Below are positions 37,936 to 47,353 of a stretch of 64,000 nt of DNA, piece by piece (position 1 is the stretch's first letter; each line of letters starts with the position of its first letter). The stretch is taken from contig JBGANV010000005.1 in assembly GCA_044222185.1 (NCBI GenBank), positions 384,001 to 448,000 of the forward strand. The letters are read 5' to 3'. Under the pieces are notes generated by a model. That model was given only the letters and a program-made list of their open reading frames with translations. It did not search any database and was not told where the DNA came from. This stretch comes from Planctomycetota bacterium (GTDB lineage: Bacteria > Planctomycetota > GCA-002687715 > CAIWVZ01). A program made the translations under genes and the position numbers.

Positions 37936-40900
37936 GTGACGCTCCGCGGCTATCGGGTCGGCGACGTGCTCGTTCAAGACGGGTACGTCGTCCGTCGGGG
38001 AGCCCGTGAGCGCGACCTCGCGCCCGTCATCCTGAAGTCCCTCCCGCCGGGAGTCACGGACCCGCTGGCGGACGCGGCGCTTCGCCGGGAAGCGGACGTG
38101 ATGGCGGGCCTGACGTTCGAAGGCGTTCCGCAGGGCGTCATCTTCGACGCACCCTCGGGCACGCTCGCCTTCGACGACGGCGGCGGCGAACTCCTGTCGA
38201 CCAGGCTGCGTCGAGGCGCACTCGACGTCGGGGACGTCCTGGCTCTCGGCACGAGCCTCGCGTCGACGCTCGCGCGGATCCACGACTGCGGGATCACGCA
38301 CAAATCGCTGAATCCGCACGCGATCCTCGTGGATGCGGAAAGTCATCAGGCGCAGGTCTTCGACTTCAGCGTCGCCACGCGGCTCGCCCAGGAGTCGCCC
38401 GAGCACGTCGCGGACGTCACGACGCCGGATCGACTCGCATTCGTCTCGCCGGAACAGACCGGGCGGATGAATCGCTCGGTCGACCACCGCACGGACCTCT
38501 ATTCATTCGGCGCGGTCCTGTATGCGGCCCTCGTCGGCCGCCCGCCGTTCGACTCCGCCGACCCGCTGGACGTCGTCCATGGACACATCGCGCGGACCCC
38601 GAACGCCCCATCCCAGGTGAACGCGCAGATCCCCCGCGCGCTCTCCGACATCGTCATGAAGCTGCTCTCGAAGATGGCGGAGCAGCGATACCAGAGTGCG
38701 AGCGGCGTTGCCGCCGACCTGGAGCAATGCCGGAGACAGTGGGAGCTCACGGGTTCGATCGTTCCGTTCGCGCTGGCTCGCCGGGACGTATCGGCCACGT
38801 TCACGATCCCCGAGCATCTCTACGGCCGCGAAGCCGAGGTGGATCGGCTGCTGCGAACCTTCGAGTCGACGCTCCACGGTCCGACGGCGATGATGCTCGT
38901 CGCTGGCTACGCCGGCATCGGGAAGACGTCGCTGGTGAACGAGATCCACAAGCCGATCCTCCGGCAGAAGGGACGGTTCGTCGCGGGAAAGTTCGATCAG
39001 CTCGAACGGAGCACACCCTACGGGGCGCTGCTCCACGCACTTCGCGCGCTCGTGCGCCAGGTCCTCGCGGAGGACGACGGCGCGATTCGCCTCATCCGCG
39101 ACCGCCTGTCGTCCGCACTCGGCGTCAATGCCAGCGTGATCTGCGCGGTGATACCGGAACTGGAAAGACTGGTCGGCGCGCAGCCCGCTCCTCCGAGCCT
39201 GGGGGCAACCGAGGCGCAGAACCGCTTCAACTTCGCGCTCCAGGGCTTCGTCGGAGCGTTCGCGTCGTCGGACGCGCCGCTCGTGATCTTCCTCGACGAT
39301 CTGCAGTGGGCTGACTCGGCCACTCTCCGGCTCCTCCCCCAGCTCACGGCGACACCGAGCCTGCGGGGCTTGTTCCTCATCGGGGCCTATCGCGACAACG
39401 AGGTGTCCGACGATCACCCGCTCCAGCGAGCGCTCGCCGAGACCCGTCAGGGCGGGGCGATCGTCGAGCGCGTCACGTTGCGCCCGTTGCGAGCCGAACA
39501 CCTGCAGCAGTTCGTCGCCGATGCGCTCCGCGTCGCGTACCACGAAGCCGAGCCGCTGGCGGCACTGATCCGGCGAAAGACCGACGGCAACCCGTTCTTC
39601 GTCGCCCAGTTCCTGAAGGCTCTCCACTCCAACGGGCTGTTGATTCTCGACAGGGACATCGGGCGGTGGACGTGCGACCTCGGGGCGGTGGAGCGGGCGG
39701 CGATCACCGAGAACGTCGTCGACCTGATGACGCGCAAGCTGCGGGACCTCGCGCCTCAGACCCAGCAGGCCCTGATGCTCGCTGCCTGCGTCGGGTCGAC
39801 GTTCAGTCTCCAGACCGTCGGAACGATCCGCGAGCGACCGCTCCGCATCGTCGCGGCCGAACTGTGGGAGTCCATCCAGGCGGGGCTCCTCATTCCCACG
39901 AACGAGCGCTGGGAGCAGTACGCCGACGCACCAGAAACCGTCCTCGCGACGATCGGCGCGGGGTTCAGGTTCCTTCACGACCGGGTCCAACAGGCGGCTT
40001 ATGGACTGATTCCCGAGGACGAGCGCAAGCCACTGCATTTGCGGATCGGCCGGCTGCTGCTCGCCGAGTGTGGTGACGACGTGGACGACGCGCGGCTCTT
40101 CGCCGTGGTCGAGCACCTGAACGTCGGTGGCGAGCTCATCCAGGACTCTGACGAACGACTGCGTCTCGTTCGGCTCAACCTCGTCGCCGGCCGACGAGCC
40201 AAGACTTCGGCGGCATTTCGGGCGGCGCTGAGGCACTTCGAGTGCGGCGTCGAGATCCTCCCCGTCGATCGGTGGGAAACCCAGTACGACCTGACCCTCG
40301 CGCTCACGCTGGAACTGGCGGAGTGCCGCTACCTCTGTGGCGCATTCGCGGAAGCCGAGGATGCCTACGACGGACTGCTCCGGCGGGTCCGCATGCCGAT
40401 CGAGAAGGCCGTCGTCCGTCGCATGCAGCTCGTTCAACACGAGAGCCAGGCGCGTTACGCCGAAGCCCTCGCCGCGGGCCGCGAAGGGTTGGCGCTGCTC
40501 GGCATCCAGCTGCCCGAGGGCGAAGCCGCGAAGAAGGAGGCGCTGGCGCGCGAACTTCGCGCGATCAGGGCAGCCCTCGCCACGCGCTCGATCGCCACGC
40601 TCGTCGATCTGCCGACGATGGCCGACCCGGGGACGAAGATGCTCGTCTCCCTCGCCACCGCCATGTGGGCACCGGCGTACATCCTGGGCGACCGCGTGCT
40701 CGCGTCGCTGCTCTCGGCGCGCATGATCACGCTCTCGATCGAGCACGGAAACACGGAGGAGTCGGCGTATGGGTACGTGACCCACGCGATCGCCGTGGGT
40801 CCCGTCGCGGGCGATTATCGATCGGCCTACGAATGGGGCGATCTCGCCCTGCGCGTGACCGATCGGTTCCCCGATCGAAAGCTCCGCGCCAAGATCCACC

Positions 40901-43431
40901 AGCAATTCAACGCGCACGTGGCCTTGTGGCGGCGACCGTTTCAAACGTCGATCATGCACGCGCGTGAGGCCTGTCGGTGCGGCGTCGAGACGGGCGATTT
41001 CATGTACGCGGGCTACGGAGCATTCACGGAGTCGTGGTCGGCCATGCTCGTTTGCCGCGACCTCGAGGGATTCGTGCGCGAGTTCACGCCGACGGTCGCC
41101 TTGCTCGAGCGGCTTCGCCTGCCGACTCTCTCCCAGGCGCAGGAGCTCATCTTGAACTGGGCCCGGGCGCTCCAGGGGCGAACGGTCGGTCCGCTGTCGC
41201 TCGATCACGGGGCGTTCACCGAAGCCGCCTACCTGGAGCGAAACGCGGCGAACCGGTTCAACCTGACGTTCTGCTTCGTGATGAAGCTGCAGCTCGCCGT
41301 GCTCTTCGGCGAGACGACGCAGGCACGCGAGTTCGCACGCCGCGCCCGAACGGAGGCCTGGACTCCCCTCGGCACGATCTGGCCCGTGCTCATCGACTTC
41401 TGGGAGGGTCTGGCGCTGGCCGCGTCCCACGACGCCGAGCCAGAGGCGGAGCGTCCCGTGCTCTGCGAAACCGTGGCGCGGGCGCAGGAAGCGATGCAAC
41501 GGCTCGCGGACAACTGCCCGGAGAACTTCGCGGGATTCGCTCGCATCCTCGCGGGCGAGCTGGCACGGATCCACGGGGATGCGGACTCCGCGGCCCAGGC
41601 GTTCGACGACGCCGTCCGTCACGGCCGCGAGACGGCGAACCTCTCCACGGAGGCGCTGGCGAACGAACTGTGCGCGCGAATGTGGATCGCGCATGGACGG
41701 GAGGCCGTCGCGGCCGCTCACCTCGGCGAGGCCCATCGATGCTGGGCGTCGTGGCGCGCGACGGCCAAGGTCGCGGATCTCCAACGACGCCACGGAAAAC
41801 TCCTGCGGCCGAGCCCTGACGAGAGTTCGGCCGGGGCGACGCTTCGAGGCCTGGACGTCGCGACGGCGCTGAAGGCGGCGCACGCGATCTCCGCAGAGAT
41901 CGAGCTCGACCGGCTCCTTCGAACGCTCGTGAGCATCGCTGCGGAGAACGCGGGAGCGACGCGCGGGATCCTCATCGCGGACCGAGGCGGGCGACTGGCG
42001 GTGCTCGCCGAGGGAACGGGTGCCGCCGTCGCGCTTTCCGGCACTCCGCTGGACGGCCGAACCGACCTCGCCAAGTCCGTCGTGATGCTCGCGATGCGAA
42101 CGACGGAGTGCATTCACGTGGACGACGCCACGTGTGATCCGCGGTTCCTGGCGGATCCGTACCTCGGATCAGCCGGTCCACGATCGATCCTCTGCGTCCC
42201 CATCGTCCACCAAGGCCGATCCGGCGGGCTGATCTACCTCGAGAACGATCTGGCGGCGCACGCATTCGGGCGTGATCGGATCGAGATGATGCAGATCCTC
42301 TCGGCGGAGGCTGCGATCGCGCTGGAGAACGCCCGCCTCTACGACGAGATGCGGCAGGAAGTGGAGCGGCGCACGCGCGCGGAGAAGGCGCTTCAGGGCG
42401 CGGTGGCGGAGCTGCAGCGTCTGAAGGACCGCCTCCACGCCGAGAACGTCTACCTCCAGGAAGAGATTCGCACGCAGCACAACTTCGACGAGATCGTCGG
42501 CGCCAGCCCCGCGCTCCTCGAAGCGCTGAAGAAGGTCGAGCAGGTTTCCCAGACCGAGGCCACGGTGCTCATCCTCGGCGAGACCGGCTCGGGCAAGGAG
42601 CTCTTCGCCCGCGCGATCCACAGCCGCAGCCATCGCAGCACGCGGCCGCTCGTCAAGGTCAACTGCGGTGCGATTCCGGCCGGGCTGGTGGAGAGCGAGA
42701 TCTTCGGCCACGTGAAAGGAGCGTTCACGGGGGCGCTCCAGAACCGCACCGGCCGGTTCGAAGTGGCGAACGGCGGCACGATCTTCCTGGACGAGGTGGG
42801 TGAACTCCCTGCCGACACGCAGGTCAAGCTCCTGCGCGTTCTGCAGGAGCGTGAGTTCGAGCCGGTCGGCGGAACGAAGACCGTTCGTGTCGACGTGCGC
42901 GTCATCGCCGCCACGAATCGCAACCTGGAGGAAGCGGTCGCGGCGGGGCGCTTCCGCGCGGACCTCCTCTACCGGCTGAACGTGTTCCCGATCCGGGTGC
43001 CTTCCCTGCGCGAGCGCGCGTCCGACATTCCCATGCTCGTCTCGTTCCTCATCGACGGGCTGTCGAAGCGGCTCGGCAAGCCGCTGAGCGGCGTCAGTCG
43101 CCGGAGCATGGAGCGGCTGGTGGCCTACGGGTGGCCAGGCAACGTGCGTGAGCTTCAGAACGTCATCGAGCGCGCCGCGATCCTCGCGACGTCACCCGTC
43201 ATCGATCTGGGCGACGACGTGCTGACACCCCAGCGACCGGTCGACGGCTCATCCGAGGGGACGACGCTCGAGGAGGTCGAGCGGCGGCACATCGAGAGGA
43301 CGCTGCGGGCGACGCGCGGGGTCGTCGAAGGCCCTGCCGGCGCGGCGACGATCCTCGGACTCCACCCCAACACGCTCCGCAGCCGCCTGAAGAAGCTCGG
43401 CATCGACCGATCGAGCCACGACATTTCGTAG
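37936..43431 (+). CDS. Multidomain sigma54 enhancer-binding protein: Ser/Thr pseudokinase + STAND/AAA ATPase + TPR + GAF + sigma54 AAA+ + Fis-type HTH
   Basis: SPEQTGRMNR.VD.RTDLYS; GYAGIGKT; LDDLQWAD; GNPFF; RSILCVPI..LIYLEN (GAF); GETGSGKE, ESEIFGH.KGAFTGA, FLDEVGE, RLNVFP, WPGNVRELQN; AATILGLHPNTLRSRLKKLGI. GTG 37936 follows AAGGGG. Confidence 0.93.
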   Translation: MTLRGYRVGDVLVQDGYVVRRGARERDLAPVILKSLPPGVTDPLADAALRREADVMAGLTFEGVPQGVIFDAPSGTLAFDDGGGELLSTRLRRGALDVGDVLALGTSLASTLARIHDCGITHKSLNPHAILVDAESHQAQVFDFSVATRLAQESPEHVADVTTPDRLAFVSPEQTGRMNRSVDHRTDLYSFGAVLYAALVGRPPFDSADPLDVVHGHIARTPNAPSQVNAQIPRALSDIVMKLLSKMAEQRYQSASGVAADLEQCRRQWELTGSIVPFALARRDVSATFTIPEHLYGREAEVDRLLRTFESTLHGPTAMMLVAGYAGIGKTSLVNEIHKPILRQKGRFVAGKFDQLERSTPYGALLHALRALVRQVLAEDDGAIRLIRDRLSSALGVNASVICAVIPELERLVGAQPAPPSLGATEAQNRFNFALQGFVGAFASSDAPLVIFLDDLQWADSATLRLLPQLTATPSLRGLFLIGAYRDNEVSDDHPLQRALAETRQGGAIVERVTLRPLRAEHLQQFVADALRVAYHEAEPLAALIRRKTDGNPFFVAQFLKALHSNGLLILDRDIGRWTCDLGAVERAAITENVVDLMTRKLRDLAPQTQQALMLAACVGSTFSLQTVGTIRERPLRIVAAELWESIQAGLLIPTNERWEQYADAPETVLATIGAGFRFLHDRVQQAAYGLIPEDERKPLHLRIGRLLLAECGDDVDDARLFAVVEHLNVGGELIQDSDERLRLVRLNLVAGRRAKTSAAFRAALRHFECGVEILPVDRWETQYDLTLALTLELAECRYLCGAFAEAEDAYDGLLRRVRMPIEKAVVRRMQLVQHESQARYAEALAAGREGLALLGIQLPEGEAAKKEALARELRAIRAALATRSIATLVDLPTMADPGTKMLVSLATAMWAPAYILGDRVLASLLSARMITLSIEHGNTEESAYGYVTHAIAVGPVAGDYRSAYEWGDLALRVTDRFPDRKLRAKIHQQFNAHVALWRRPFQTSIMHAREACRCGVETGDFMYAGYGAFTESWSAMLVCRDLEGFVREFTPTVALLERLRLPTLSQAQELILNWARALQGRTVGPLSLDHGAFTEAAYLERNAANRFNLTFCFVMKLQLAVLFGETTQAREFARRARTEAWTPLGTIWPVLIDFWEGLALAASHDAEPEAERPVLCETVARAQEAMQRLADNCPENFAGFARILAGELARIHGDADSAAQAFDDAVRHGRETANLSTEALANELCARMWIAHGREAVAAAHLGEAHRCWASWRATAKVADLQRRHGKLLRPSPDESSAGATLRGLDVATALKAAHAISAEIELDRLLRTLVSIAAENAGATRGILIADRGGRLAVLAEGTGAAVALSGTPLDGRTDLAKSVVMLAMRTTECIHVDDATCDPRFLADPYLGSAGPRSILCVPIVHQGRSGGLIYLENDLAAHAFGRDRIEMMQILSAEAAIALENARLYDEMRQEVERRTRAEKALQGAVAELQRLKDRLHAENVYLQEEIRTQHNFDEIVGASPALLEALKKVEQVSQTEATVLILGETGSGKELFARAIHSRSHRSTRPLVKVNCGAIPAGLVESEIFGHVKGAFTGALQNRTGRFEVANGGTIFLDEVGELPADTQVKLLRVLQEREFEPVGGTKTVRVDVRVIAATNRNLEEAVAAGRFRADLLYRLNVFPIRVPSLRERASDIPMLVSFLIDGLSKRLGKPLSGVSRRSMERLVAYGWPGNVRELQNVIERAAILATSPVIDLGDDVLTPQRPVDGSSEGTTLEEVERRHIERTLRATRGVVEGPAGAATILGLHPNTLRSRLKKLGIDRSSHDIS

Positions 43432-43451
43432 GACCCACGAGATTTCGGAGG
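43416..43451. promoter_or_regulatory. Putative upstream activating sequence: two tandem quasi-palindromes CCACGA(C/G)ATTTCG(T/G)AGG
   Basis: CCACGACATTTCGTAGG (43416-43432) and CCACGAGATTTCGGAGG (43435-43451), centred ~110-130 bp upstream of the predicted sigma54 start site. Confidence 0.7.
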
Positions 43452-43526
43452 AGCGGGGTGGCGGTGCGACGCGGCGCCGTGCACATAGCCTCTGAGTCGC
43501 ACTGAACTTGCGTCCGTTCGCCGGCT

Positions 43527-43543
43527 CCGGCACGCGCCTCGCT
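43527..43543 (+). promoter_or_regulatory. Sigma54 (-24/-12) promoter
   Basis: CCGGCACG-CGCC-TCGCT: GG at 43529-43530, exactly 10 nt, then GC at 43541-43542. It closely matches TGGCACG-N4-TTGC and lies directly after a bEBP gene. Confidence 0.8.
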
Positions 43544-43554
43544 AAGTGCGGTGC

Positions 43555-43818
43555 ATGCTCCGCATCACCCACGACGTCACCACGACCGCTTCGACCCTCA
43601 CGATCGAGGGGCAGGTGCGGGGGCCATGGGTTGCAGAACTCCGACGCGCCGTCGCCCAGGCCGGGGCTCCCGGGCGCGCCATCCACGTGGACGCCGCGGG
43701 CGTGCGGTTCGCCGACTCCGACGGCACGGCGCTCCTCCGCGAACTCGCCCGCCAGGGTGTGACGTTCGTCCGCACCTCCCCCTTCGTCGACCACCTGCTC
43801 GGTCGAGACATCACATGA
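43555..43818 (+). CDS. Small STAS-domain protein
   Basis: MLRIT...TL.IEG...GPWV.EL and VDAAGVRFADSDG..LL, resembling the STAS D...V.F.DSSG motif. Confidence 0.8.
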   Translation: MLRITHDVTTTASTLTIEGQVRGPWVAELRRAVAQAGAPGRAIHVDAAGVRFADSDGTALLRELARQGVTFVRTSPFVDHLLGRDIT

Positions 43819-44456
43819 GATCAGCCGCCTCGTCCGCCATTCACTCCGCGTCCTCGACGTACGCCCAGGAAACCGATCAGGCACTCGTCGACCGCCTTCG
43901 GGCTGGGGACGATGACGCCGCGGAGTGGCTCATCCGGACCTACTCGCCCGGGCTCCTTGCGACCGCGCGCCGCTACGTTCGCGGCGATGACGACGCTCAG
44001 GACGTGCTCCAGGAGGCCTTCCTCCAGGCGCTGCGTGCGCTCGACCAGTTCCGGGCCGATTCCCGACTGGCGACATGGCTGCATCGCATCGTGATCAACG
44101 CGGCGTTGATGAAGCTCCGTTCGCGGCGACGGCGCCCGGAGCTGGCGCTCGATGACCTCCTCCCGAGCTTCGACACCGAAGGCCGACACGCATCACCGGT
44201 TGCAGCCTGGCACTGTGGTGCCGAGGCGGCGCTCGAAGGCAGCGAGCTTCGTGCACTGGTTCGGGGAGCGATCGCGCGCCTCCCAGCGGCCTACCGCGAG
44301 GTGATCATCCTCCGGGACATCGAAGGCCTCGACACGGCGGAGGCGGCGGAGGCGCTCGGGACGACGGTCGCCGCGGTGAAGGTGCGGCTGCATCGCGCGC
44401 GGATCGCGCTGCGTGCGTTGATCGAGCCGCTCATGCGCGACGCCGTCCCGACATGA
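43815..44456 (+). CDS. ECF RNA polymerase sigma factor
   Basis: DAQDVLQEAFLQA, TWLHRIVINAALMKLR, LPAAYREVIILRDIEG, VKVRLHRAR. Its ATG overlaps the STAS stop (ATGA). Confidence 0.93.
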   Translation: MRSAASSAIHSASSTYAQETDQALVDRLRAGDDDAAEWLIRTYSPGLLATARRYVRGDDDAQDVLQEAFLQALRALDQFRADSRLATWLHRIVINAALMKLRSRRRRPELALDDLLPSFDTEGRHASPVAAWHCGAEAALEGSELRALVRGAIARLPAAYREVIILRDIEGLDTAEAAEALGTTVAAVKVRLHRARIALRALIEPLMRDAVPT

Positions 44457-44531
44457 GTCCGAGCCGGCGCGGCGGTGCGCGGCGTGCGAGCGGCGGCGAC
44501 GACGCCGGCCCGCCCGCACGGCCCACGGCGA

Positions 44532-46181
44532 TCACGGGAACTGTTGCGTGTCGACGTCTGTGAGGCTCGTCGTCGCCCCGACGATCTGAACCGACCGTGC
44601 CTGCAGCGTGATCGGGAAGTTCAGTCCGGGGATCTGCTGGTGGTACGCCCCAGACGCATTCGTCGTCGCCGTGAGCGGCGGGATGCCGTACAGCGCGATG
44701 AAGTTGGTGAAGGCGGAGACGTCCAGTCCGAAGAACGGCCCGGATCCGGCCGGCGTCAGGGGCGTCGTGCTCACGAGCGTGTAGACGACCTGATTCGGCG
44801 CCGCGTTCGAGATCGAGAAGTCCAGCACGCCCGTCGACGGCTTGCTGATGTCGAGCGTGAACGTGGGCGCCGGCGGAACCTGCATGAACACGTGATAGCC
44901 GACGCAATTGCCGACGATGAAGTCCAGCGCGCCGTCGTTGTTCAGGTCGATGAACGCCGTGTCGTGCGTGCCCGTCGTGTAGATGTTCGGCGTGATTCCT
45001 GCCTGGGCGTAGTCATCCGTGAGGATGATGGGGTCGTTCGGATGCACCGTGAGGAGCACCGCGTGCCGGCTGCAGCCGGGGATGTCTACGTCCGTGTCGT
45101 CGAGCGCCACGTACCGCTTGCCGTTCATCGTGATCACGTAGGCGTTCCCGGAGAACCCGGTCGTATTCGGCGAGAAGCCCGGCTGCCCAGCGTTCGTGTT
45201 CAACGCGAACGTGGCGAAGGTCGGATTCCCCGACGTCGGATAGGGGGAAGTCGTGTTGAGGCTGTAGGCATCCTGGGGGTCACGGCCCTGGTAGATGTCG
45301 ACCTTGCCGTCACCGTCGAGGTCACCCACGGCCGACACGTACGTCGCGTTGGCCGACACCTGCAGCATCGTGTTGAAGCCTCCCGCCCCGTTGTTGACGT
45401 GGAGCTTCATCAGACCAGCCGTGCCGTCGGACTCGGCGATGTCCTTCCAGCCGTCGCCGTTGAAGTCGGCGAAGTTGATCTCCACGGAGAAGTTGCTGGA
45501 CGGGTTGGCCAGGCGCGTCGACGTCACGTCCGTGAAGAAGCCGGCGCCGTTGTTCAGCAGCAACCGATCCTCGAGCGTGTTGTTGTAGTCGCCCAGCATC
45601 AGGTCGAGGTCGCCGTCGTTGTCGATGTCCCCGGCCGAACCCGCGCAAAAGCGCGGAACGGGATTGAAGGTCGGGACGTGGCCCGGCTCCAGCAGCAGCC
45701 CCTGCCAGACGCCGCCCACGGAGCCCAGGTTCCGGTAGTAGTCGGTCTGGAAGCTCGTCGGCGCATTGGGCGGCTCGGTGTTCGTGTTCACCACGATCAC
45801 GTCGAGCCAGCCGTCGCCGTTGAAGTCGCCGATGATCGGCTTTCGCGCGAGCGTCGGAGTCAGGAATCCCGGCGCCAACGCGGAGGTCATGTCCGTGAGG
45901 ACGCCGTTCACGTTCATCAGAAGGAAGTGCGTGCGCGGGCCGGGGGCGTAGAACGCCTCCTTTCGGACGCAGACGAGGTCGAGATCGCCGTCGTTGTCCA
46001 AGTCGCCCGTCTCGAAGTCCTTCTCATCCGGGTCAGTCGTGACGTTCGGCATGATGAGCCGCGTCGAGACCTGGTCGACGAAGACGGGAAGTTGGGCCTG
46101 CCCCACGCCGACGCCCGTAACCAGGGTGACCGCAGCGGCAACGGCCAGCAGCCGGCGCGCGATCGAGTTGCAATCAGTCAT
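44532..46181 (-). CDS. Secreted FG-GAP/VCBS repeat protein with conserved C-terminal domain
   Basis: Signal peptide (GVGQA/Q); GDLDNDGDLD, GDFNGDGWLD, GDIDNDGDLD, ADFNGDGWKD, GDLDGDGKVD, DLNNDGALD. Confidence 0.9.
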   Translation of the reverse strand: MTDCNSIARRLLAVAAAVTLVTGVGVGQAQLPVFVDQVSTRLIMPNVTTDPDEKDFETGDLDNDGDLDLVCVRKEAFYAPGPRTHFLLMNVNGVLTDMTSALAPGFLTPTLARKPIIGDFNGDGWLDVIVVNTNTEPPNAPTSFQTDYYRNLGSVGGVWQGLLLEPGHVPTFNPVPRFCAGSAGDIDNDGDLDLMLGDYNNTLEDRLLLNNGAGFFTDVTSTRLANPSSNFSVEINFADFNGDGWKDIAESDGTAGLMKLHVNNGAGGFNTMLQVSANATYVSAVGDLDGDGKVDIYQGRDPQDAYSLNTTSPYPTSGNPTFATFALNTNAGQPGFSPNTTGFSGNAYVITMNGKRYVALDDTDVDIPGCSRHAVLLTVHPNDPIILTDDYAQAGITPNIYTTGTHDTAFIDLNNDGALDFIVGNCVGYHVFMQVPPAPTFTLDISKPSTGVLDFSISNAAPNQVVYTLVSTTPLTPAGSGPFFGLDVSAFTNFIALYGIPPLTATTNASGAYHQQIPGLNFPITLQARSVQIVGATTSLTDVDTQQFP

Positions 46182-46236
46182 CCAGAGTCTCCTCGTGAAG
46201 GTTCGTTGGTTGGTCGTGTTGCCGACGGGCGGCCCG

Positions 46237-47235
46237 TCACGTCGTGAAGCGCTGTGGCGCCGTCCATTCGACGATGTTGCCGCCCGCGATTCGCAGGCCG
46301 ACCGCGTCGAACGTCAGCCCGGCCGGGATGTTGATCGGACCGAGCGAGAACTGGCCGGTAGCGCTCAACAGCACGTGGAAGGGGATCGAGCCGATCGGGC
46401 TGAGCACTTGGGAAATGATCCCGTCATCGAATGCGATCCCGAACACCGGGCCCGTACCCGCCGGCTGCACCAGCGAGAAGCTGAACAGGTTGTAGACCTC
46501 GGCTCCCGGATTCGCGGGCGCCTGGTTGCGGAACGTGTACTGCCCGCCCCCGTTGTTGACGAGGGAGATGGACATGGGTGGCGGCGGGACGGTCCCGAGT
46601 CGAACGTTGTCCAGGTAGGCCGAAGACGGAACGGCCCCGTCACCGACGTTCGCGACGTAGATGCGAAGGGTGAATGCAGTCGACGGAGTCGACGACGGGA
46701 ACAAGGCGAGGAGATCGACGGAGATCGTCGCCTTTGCGGTCGCTGGATTGCCGCTCGTCGCGGCGCACGCCGTCTGCGAGAACTGGCCGGTCGCCGAGTC
46801 GATGAGTGCGAGCTGCACCGTGGTGGTCCCGCTGGAGATCGTCACGGCGGTGAAGTCGTTGAACGTCATCTGCCCAGGCCCCTCCGCCGTGATGAACGCG
46901 AGGTCGAGCTGCAGGAAGGTGTTCGTCGCGGTACCCGTCGTGAACGTCTGGCTGATGTTGTTCGCGTTCGAATAGGACGCGGTGGTCGCCTGCGGGCCGG
47001 CGTCCACTCGGACCCACTTCGAGCCCTGGGACGGGAACCCGATGCCCGTTTCCAGCACGCAGCCCTGATAGGGGAAGATGCGCGCGACGCCCGTCGCGGA
47101 CCCGACCCATCCCGTGGGCATCGTCGTCGATCCGGCGGTGGCGCCCTCGAATGACCCTTGGCTGATCTGCGCAACCACACCGGCGCTCGCGACGAGCGCC
47201 ACGGCGAGCGTGGAAACCAGGAGACGTTCCTTCAT
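46237..47235 (-). CDS. Secreted hypothetical protein (jelly-roll/CBM-like region + conserved C-terminal domain)
   Basis: GAGG RBS and signal peptide (GVVA/Q); GSFEG, F.TAE...FNDF, VGD....SSAYLDNVRL. Confidence 0.75.
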   Translation of the reverse strand: MKERLLVSTLAVALVASAGVVAQISQGSFEGATAGSTTMPTGWVGSATGVARIFPYQGCVLETGIGFPSQGSKWVRVDAGPQATTASYSNANNISQTFTTGTATNTFLQLDLAFITAEGPGQMTFNDFTAVTISSGTTTVQLALIDSATGQFSQTACAATSGNPATAKATISVDLLALFPSSTPSTAFTLRIYVANVGDGAVPSSAYLDNVRLGTVPPPPMSISLVNNGGGQYTFRNQAPANPGAEVYNLFSFSLVQPAGTGPVFGIAFDDGIISQVLSPIGSIPFHVLLSATGQFSLGPINIPAGLTFDAVGLRIAGGNIVEWTAPQRFTT

Positions 47236-47353
47236 CGATGTCCTCGGCTTTCAGATCGAGATGCAATCGCACACGACGCGAGGGCCGCGGCGACGACCAA
47301 CCTGCGGGCGGGAGCTTGCCCGTCCGCATTGCGGCGTGCGGAACTATCGTCGT

